A stretch of DNA of 38,938 nt from a virus: the UHGV virus genome UHGV-0003687; one strand, written 5' to 3'. The position numbers were made by a program, and so were the translations under genes. How positions within the stretch are numbered: the stretch's first letter is position 1; every line of letters begins with the position of its first letter. Below, in pieces: positions 34,605-38,938 of the stretch. The notes under the pieces are model-generated. The model did no database searches, had not been told where the DNA came from, and saw only the letters and a program-made list of their open reading frames with translations.

Positions 34605-34690
34605 TGTATTTCTACATAAATATCATCTTGCGGTTTCGCAAAACCCTGTATCGACTTTATTAGGGCTTTTTTCTTTTTCTCTTTATCCAT
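34550..34690 (-). CDS. Small Lys-rich ORF (46 aa, MDKEKKKKALIKSIQGF...) downstream of the RHH gene; converges on and overlaps the + strand gene's 3' end
   Basis: RBS GGAGGTGAGGGC-ATG. Overlaps the 3' end of 34254..34604 by 55 nt on the opposite strand. Confidence 0.3.
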   Translation of the reverse strand: MDKEKKKKALIKSIQGFAKPQDDIYVEIHYAKKESNTESKCLMEKK

Positions 34691-34701
34691 GCCCTCACCT
34701 C

Positions 34702-34842
34702 CTACTGTGGTATCGTTTTGCTTTTTCTGAATGACTCCCACAGCACCCCCAGCAAATAACCGTTAAATGTCATACCTCTTTTTTCTGCTTCTGCTTTCAG
34801 GCGCTTATGCAATTCATCCGGTATACGTATCGTTGTTACCAT
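34702..34842 (-). CDS. Ribbon-helix-helix (CopG/Arc/MetJ-like) protein; not in the ORF track
   Basis: MVTTIRIPDELHKRLKAEAEKRGMTFNGYLLGVLWESF is a canonical RHH β-α-α sequence. RBS AAAGGGGATGA. Its own TTGACA-17-TATGAT promoter lies upstream. Confidence 0.55.
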   Translation of the reverse strand: MVTTIRIPDELHKRLKAEAEKRGMTFNGYLLGVLWESFRKSKTIPQ

Positions 34843-34872
34843 TTCTTCATCCCCTTTCATTTTGATATGAAA

Positions 34873-34901
34873 ATCATACCGAACTTTCAGAGGATTGTCA
34901 A
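34873..34901 (-). promoter_or_regulatory. Consensus-like sigma-A promoter for the RHH operon (TTGACA-17-TATGAT)
   Basis: Minus-strand reading: TTGACAatcctctgaaagttcggTATGAT. The GTGTC-N6-GACAC palindrome at 34936..34951 lies about 35 bp upstream. Confidence 0.5.
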
Positions 34902-34935
34902 CTACTTTCTGAAAAATTAATTTTTCCTTTTTGAA

Positions 34936-34951
34936 GTGTCCTTTATGACAC
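34936..34951. promoter_or_regulatory. Operator-like palindrome GTGTCctttatGACAC (copy 1)
   Basis: Perfect 5-6-5 inverted repeat; the same architecture as the copy at 35172..35187. Confidence 0.45.
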
Positions 34952-35149
34952 TTTTTCTTTAAAAAAAATACCCATAGGCGAATTTAGTCCTAAATACTCG
35001 ACAATGTTCTGAATCTCACTTTGAGTAAATTCTGATTTTCCATTACATTTCCGATAAAATGCTGATCTACTCATTTTTAAATCCATACACATCTTTTCCG
35101 CAGTAACACCTCTCTTCTTCATTTCATATTCTAGTTTAAACTTATCCAT
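34943..35149 (-). CDS. Cro-like HTH regulator (XRE family)
   Basis: 68 aa. HTH region (TAEKMCMDLKMSRSAFYRKCNGKSEFTQSEI). Divergent from the CI-like gene. Start at ATG 35149, preceded by GAGGTGAG. Confidence 0.6.
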   Translation of the reverse strand: MDKFKLEYEMKKRGVTAEKMCMDLKMSRSAFYRKCNGKSEFTQSEIQNIVEYLGLNSPMGIFFKEKVS

Positions 35150-35171
35150 ATTCTCACCTCGCTTTTTGGTT

Positions 35172-35299
35172 GTGTCGTTTAGGACACTTTTAAGATAGCA
35201 TGGTTTCCGCATATTGTCAAGAGGTTTTTGTTTCTTTTTTGACACTTTTTTATTTTTTTTGATTTTTATGTTGCCAAAAAGACACAAACGCTGTATACT
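35172..35299. promoter_or_regulatory. Lysis/lysogeny switch region with divergent promoters and GTGTC/GACAC operator sites
   Basis: Minus strand: TTGACA (35215..35220) -17- TATCTT (35192..35197), with the palindrome GTGTCgtttagGACAC (35172..35187) just downstream. Plus strand: TTGCCA (35271..35276) -17- TATACT (35294..35299). GACAC half-sites at 35241..35245 and 35281..35285, the latter inside the + strand promoter spacer. Confidence 0.55.
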
Positions 35300-35324
35300 A
35301 ACCATACAGAAAAGAGGTGTTTGT

Positions 35325-35687
35325 ATGGATATGGGGCAGAAAATATATGCTCTTCGCAAGCAAAAAGGCATGACTTTAGAAGAACTCGGCGATAAAGTTG
35401 GTGTTGGAAAAAGTACTGTGAGAAAATGGGAAAACGGAATGATTGCCAATATGAAACGAGATAAAATATTGAAGATATCCGAGGTTTTAGGGGTGTCTCC
35501 TGGTTATCTCATGGGCTGGGAAGAACCAGATGCTACGCAACCTGATGATTGTCATCTTTCTAATATAGAAAAGAAGATCATCACTGAATACCGGAAAGCA
35601 GATGCCATTACACAAGCCATGGTGCTCCGGGCTCTGTCTATTGATGAACCTGCCGCCCCTCAAAGGAAAGAGGGTCTGCTGGCATAA
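35325..35687 (+). CDS. CI-like repressor (XRE-family HTH)
   Basis: 120 aa. HTH (MTLEELGDKVGVGKSTVRKWENG). Divergent from the cro-like gene. Start MDMGQKIY, preceded by AAAGAGGTG. The track's 5' extension to 35214 is spurious. Confidence 0.7.
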   Translation: MDMGQKIYALRKQKGMTLEELGDKVGVGKSTVRKWENGMIANMKRDKILKISEVLGVSPGYLMGWEEPDATQPDDCHLSNIEKKIITEYRKADAITQAMVLRALSIDEPAAPQRKEGLLA

Positions 35688-35794
35688 CTTACAAAACAGT
35701 TTCCAATATAATTTATATTGAATTTCAAAGCGGAAGATAAATAACAGGATTTGTAAAAAACTGATAAAAATTTAACAAAAAATGAAACGAATAC

Positions 35795-35822
35795 TTGACA
35801 AGACTTTTTCATATGATATAAT
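35795..35822 (+). promoter_or_regulatory. Strong promoter upstream of the Abi gene (TTGACA-16-TGaTATAAT, extended -10)
   Basis: Reads acTTGACAagactttttcataTGaTATAATg. Confidence 0.5.
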
Positions 35823-35856
35823 GTAGTTAATTAGCGAATGGCTGGTGTCCGGCCAC

Positions 35857-35897
35857 AAAAAGAGTCTTGGATTTTATTCCAGGCTCTTTTTGTTTTT
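35857..35897 (+). terminator. Terminator-like hairpin plus U-tract inside the Abi 5' leader (AAAAAGAGUCUUGG-N8-CCAGGCUCUUUUUGUUUUU)
   Basis: Stem of about 13 bp with one bulge, then a U-rich tract. It lies between the predicted TSS and the Abi RBS. Confidence 0.4.
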
Positions 35898-35910
35898 AGG
35901 AGAAACCCAT

Positions 35911-37005
35911 ATGAGCGATAAGACAATAATCAAATATACCACTCCAGAACAGCAGATATCGTCCCTAAAAGGTAAAGGACTGATATTTCAAGATGAAGCA
36001 ACCGCAATTCGTTCTTTATCTGAACATGGCTATTTTAATATAATTAACAGCTACAAATCGCCATATATTGAATTTACTGATCATAAGAAAATATATAAGC
36101 CCGGAACGACCTTTGAGCAAATATTCTCCCTGTTTACTTTGGATGGAAGTCTTCGTAATTCAATAATGGCTGCAATGCTTGATTTCGAAGAACATTTGCG
36201 GGCCGCTGTTGCTGATGTTATAGCCAAGGCTTTTGGAACAAATCAAGAAGACTATCTGAAATGGGAAAACTTTCGTGATCGGCACGTTACAAAAGAGCGG
36301 TTTGGACTTCGTGGAATACTTGGAACATTAAGGCAAAACATTACTTCTGGAAAAGATCCTATAAAATATTATAGAGAAAATTACGGCATTGTTCCTCCTT
36401 GGATTTTATTTAGAGGTACATATTTCAGCACCTTAGTTAATTTCGTTCATCTATTTAAATCTTCGCAAAAGGAAGAACTTATACAGAAACTATACCCTAT
36501 TGGTGCCGAAGAAAGTGCATTGACAGATATAAAAAGACTTTTTTCGGATACGCTTTCCATTTGTCTTGAATATCGAAATCTCGCGGCGCATGGAGGGCGT
36601 ATCTATAACTACGCGCCAAACACAACGTTTTTGCTGACAGATGAGGTTTTCAAAACTTTTCCAGATGCACTGCCAGCACATACAAATAATGATTTATCGT
36701 GTGGCATTGCACAGTTACTGTTTGCCCTCAACATCCTTAACTACGACAACCCATACAATATAATTAATGACACTTTTTCCGAAGAAATTAACCGCCATTG
36801 CAATATGTATCCGAATGATGCGCCCTATCTCCAAGAGATATGCGGAATAAAAATAACTAAGAAACATGTAGTATATGTTTCTCCAAACACAAAAAAATAT
36901 CACCTAAACCCTAATTGTAGCGGAATAAGAAACGCACACTTAGTTCCGTACGAAATCGCATTGCAAGACGGGTATTTGCCATGTAAGCGCTGTATAAAAC
37001 AATAG
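35911..37005 (+). CDS. Abortive-infection protein, Abi_2 (AbiD/AbiF-like) family, with Cys/His-rich C-terminal extension
   Basis: 364 aa from MSDKTIIKY. The N-terminal region (TPEQQISSLKGKGLIFQDEATAIRSLSEHGYFNIINSYKSPY) resembles Abi_2. AT-rich. C-terminus YHLNPNCSG...PCKRC. Confidence 0.55.
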   Translation: MSDKTIIKYTTPEQQISSLKGKGLIFQDEATAIRSLSEHGYFNIINSYKSPYIEFTDHKKIYKPGTTFEQIFSLFTLDGSLRNSIMAAMLDFEEHLRAAVADVIAKAFGTNQEDYLKWENFRDRHVTKERFGLRGILGTLRQNITSGKDPIKYYRENYGIVPPWILFRGTYFSTLVNFVHLFKSSQKEELIQKLYPIGAEESALTDIKRLFSDTLSICLEYRNLAAHGGRIYNYAPNTTFLLTDEVFKTFPDALPAHTNNDLSCGIAQLLFALNILNYDNPYNIINDTFSEEINRHCNMYPNDAPYLQEICGIKITKKHVVYVSPNTKKYHLNPNCSGIRNAHLVPYEIALQDGYLPCKRCIKQ

Positions 37006-37028
37006 CATCATATATAGTCAAAAGCCAA

Positions 37029-37053
37029 TTTGCGCCGGCGCAATATTTACTTT
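37029..37053 (+). terminator. Palindrome TTGCGCCGGCGCAA followed by a T-rich tract after the Abi gene (weak terminator candidate)
   Basis: 14-bp perfect palindrome, then tatttacttta. Confidence 0.3.
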
Positions 37054-37164
37054 ACAATGACAGTACAATAATATGAATTGCAAAGGTCGGAAAGGCTCCC
37101 GACACACTCGCAAGAGTACCTGAGATGATGGATACGCCGCCCATCTTGTAATTCAGAGATTGAA

Positions 37165-37193
37165 AGGTGTTGTCATTTGACAGCACCTTTTTT
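37165..37193 (+). terminator. Rho-independent terminator (GGUGUUGUC-loop-GACAGCACC + U7) upstream of the integrase gene
   Basis: 9-10 bp stem (one G·U pair), 4-nt loop, seven consecutive T. Confidence 0.65.
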
Positions 37194-37230
37194 TCATATT
37201 CCATTGACTTTTAAAGCTGATAATGAATCG

Positions 37231-37249
37231 GGGGGTACAAATTGTACCC
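37231..37249. promoter_or_regulatory. Perfect palindrome GGGGTACAAaTTGTACCCC in the integrase 5' region
   Basis: 9-1-9 inverted repeat, 13 nt upstream of the int RBS (AGGAGTGA). Confidence 0.4.
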
Positions 37250-37272
37250 CAGTTGAAAGCAGGAGTGATCAC

Positions 37273-38877
37273 ATGAATTTTCAGCACTTAAACCCAAACG
37301 GAACTTATTATGCTTACCTCCGAAAAAGCCGGAAGGATCTGGATCTGGAAGCTCTTGGTGAGGGTGAGACTCTGGCACGCCACCAGAAGATGCTTACCGA
37401 TCTTGCAGCTTCCCTTGGGATCAGTATATCTAAATTTTATAAGGAGATTGTTTCCGGAGAGACGATCGCCGATCGGCCGGTGGTTCAGGAGCTGCTGCGT
37501 GACATCAGCTCCGGTGCTTGTGATGGTGTGTTGGTGACAGAGGTGGAACGTCTGGCAAGAGGAGACACCAGCGATCAGGGTACTATAGCCAATTACTTCC
37601 GGCTGTCCAATACGCTGATCATCACACCCTTGAAGGTTTATGATCCGAACGATGAGTACGACGAAGAATACTTCGAATTCGGGCTATTCATGTCACGGCG
37701 GGAATATAAGATCATCAATCGCCGGATCCAGCGTGGACGCGTGGCGTCCGCTAAAGAAGGAAAATGGGTAACCAGCTCTGCGCCATTCGGGTACGAGCGC
37801 GTCCGCATCACAGGGGGCAAGGGCTATACTCTTAAGATTGTACCGGAACAAGCCGAAATCGTCCATCTTATCTATGACCTGTATACCAAGGGAGAGCTTC
37901 AGGAAGACGGTTCTTATCAGCGGCTTGGCTTCCACCGAATCAGTAAGCGCCTGGACAGCATGGGAATAAAGCCTGTGTGCAGCACCCGATGGTCTCCCAG
38001 TACCATTAAGGATATGATTACCAACCCATCCTATATCGGCATGGTGACTTTTGGGAAGGAGCATGATAAGGAAATCATTGAGGACGGGAAAAGGAAAAAG
38101 GTTCGTGTACATATGAAGGATTACGAGCTGTACAAAGGGCTGCATCCGGCCATCATCTCCCGGGAGCAATACGACCTGGCACAGAACCTTATCGCTTCCA
38201 GGCCCACTTACCCGGTTGTCAGTAACAAGGTTCTGAAGAACCCTCTGGCCGGACTGATCTACTGCTCCCAATGCGGATCCAGGATGACAAGGCTTGGAGA
38301 AAACCCCAAGACTCCCTATCCGGCACTGAAATGTCCCAACCGTTATTGCACGTCCGTATCTTCTCCCCTCTATCTGGTGGAGGATAAGCTGATAAATGCG
38401 ATCAGAGAATGGCTTACAGAATATCAGCTCACCTGGACAGATGATAAGGTGATTTCCAACCAGATAGCTGTGCGCCAGAATGCGATTGCATCGCGCCAGG
38501 CAGAGGCCGACACCTTGAAAGAACAAAAAGACAAAGCCTATGACTTCCTGGAGCAAGGTATATATACCCCGGAGGTATTCGCGGCGCGTATGTCCACACT
38601 GGATAAACGCCTACAGGAAATAGCACTGGATCTTGATCGACTGGAAACAGAGCTGAAGAAGGATCAGAAGAAGAATTATGAGATCAACACTTTCATTCCC
38701 CGCGTGGAGCATGTTCTGGAGACGTACTGGTCCACCAATGACGCGACCACCAGGAACAATATGTTGAAAGATGTACTGGAACGTGCAGAATATACCAAGA
38801 CAGAACAAAACCGGAAGGGAAATCGCGATAATGCCAATTTTACGCTGACTCTTACCCCGAATCTTCCGGATGATTAA
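37273..38877 (+). CDS. Large serine recombinase (phage integrase) with resolvase catalytic domain, recombinase domain and zinc ribbon
   Basis: Start assigned to MNFQHLNPNGTYYAYLRKSRKD, where the YLRKS serine is the nucleophile. Conserved VSGE..DRP and G.CDGVLVTEVERLAR motifs. Zn ribbon CSQCGS...CPNRYC. C-terminal coiled coil. The track's start at 37177 lies inside a terminator. Confidence 0.85.
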   Translation: MNFQHLNPNGTYYAYLRKSRKDLDLEALGEGETLARHQKMLTDLAASLGISISKFYKEIVSGETIADRPVVQELLRDISSGACDGVLVTEVERLARGDTSDQGTIANYFRLSNTLIITPLKVYDPNDEYDEEYFEFGLFMSRREYKIINRRIQRGRVASAKEGKWVTSSAPFGYERVRITGGKGYTLKIVPEQAEIVHLIYDLYTKGELQEDGSYQRLGFHRISKRLDSMGIKPVCSTRWSPSTIKDMITNPSYIGMVTFGKEHDKEIIEDGKRKKVRVHMKDYELYKGLHPAIISREQYDLAQNLIASRPTYPVVSNKVLKNPLAGLIYCSQCGSRMTRLGENPKTPYPALKCPNRYCTSVSSPLYLVEDKLINAIREWLTEYQLTWTDDKVISNQIAVRQNAIASRQAEADTLKEQKDKAYDFLEQGIYTPEVFAARMSTLDKRLQEIALDLDRLETELKKDQKKNYEINTFIPRVEHVLETYWSTNDATTRNNMLKDVLERAEYTKTEQNRKGNRDNANFTLTLTPNLPDD

Positions 38878-38899
38878 TTGTATCTATTACCTATATCAT

Positions 38900-38925
38900 C
38901 TATGGGGCTATACATTGCCCCATAG
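38900..38925. repeat. Inverted repeat CTATGGGGC-N8-GCCCCATAG 23 bp downstream of int; candidate attachment-site arm
   Basis: Perfect 9-bp arms with no following U-tract. Confidence 0.3.
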
Positions 38926-38938
38926 AAGATATTGGTAA

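Noticed and set aside
35214-35324. N-terminal extension of the CI-like ORF (MSRGFCFFFDTFLFF...).
   Set aside because: The extension is translated from the promoter/operator DNA. The real start is ATG 35325 with a good RBS.
37693-38556. 287-aa minus-strand ORF inside the integrase gene.
   Set aside because: Antisense shadow of a confidently coding + strand gene.
1-38938. Scan for tRNA, rRNA or tmRNA genes.
   Set aside because: No cloverleaf-like GC-rich 70-90-nt segments or tRNA-like intergenic islands were seen; the intergenic spaces are short and are promoter/terminator-like.

Overview
This window is almost entirely one siphovirus-type temperate prophage (about 39 kb, roughly 50% GC, extended Shine-Dalgarno GGAGGTGA, Firmicutes/Clostridia-like). 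Nearly all genes are on the minus strand. Read in that direction, from the right end, the order is: large serine recombinase (37273..38877, +); a lysogeny island with an Abi_2-like abortive-infection gene, a CI-like repressor (+) and a Cro-like regulator (-) separated by a GTGTC-N6-GACAC operator/promoter switch; an early region of small ORFs that includes a small + strand gene, a + strand KTSC gene, and an RHH gene I identified by hand; a replication module (Rep_1-type rolling-circle initiator, DUF4406, HNH, PcfK/PcfJ-like, DUF3102-like); small phage proteins (DUF551, YopX-like, Cys-rich); an ArpU/DUF1492 late regulator; terS and terL; an SPP1-like head module (portal, a gp7-like minor head protein fused to a C-terminal ADP-ribosyltransferase toxin domain, scaffold, capsid); neck proteins; major tail protein; an overlapping chaperone ORF pair; tape measure; distal tail, host-specificity and fibre proteins; and a lysis cassette (holin, a second DUF4406 paralog, amidase endolysin) at the left edge. 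The left attachment site lies outside the window; a candidate att-like inverted repeat follows the integrase at the right edge. Most + strand ORFs in the supplied track are antisense shadows of minus-strand genes. The main interests are the virion-packaged ADP-ribosyltransferase, a small gene cassette bounded by 20-bp direct repeats in the early region, a plasmid-type RCR Rep with a candidate origin/countertranscript region, terminator-containing leaders upstream of the Abi gene and the late operon, and an Abi protein with an unusual Cys/His C-terminus. All coordinates, motifs and family assignments come from reading the sequence and from recall; none has been confirmed by a search.
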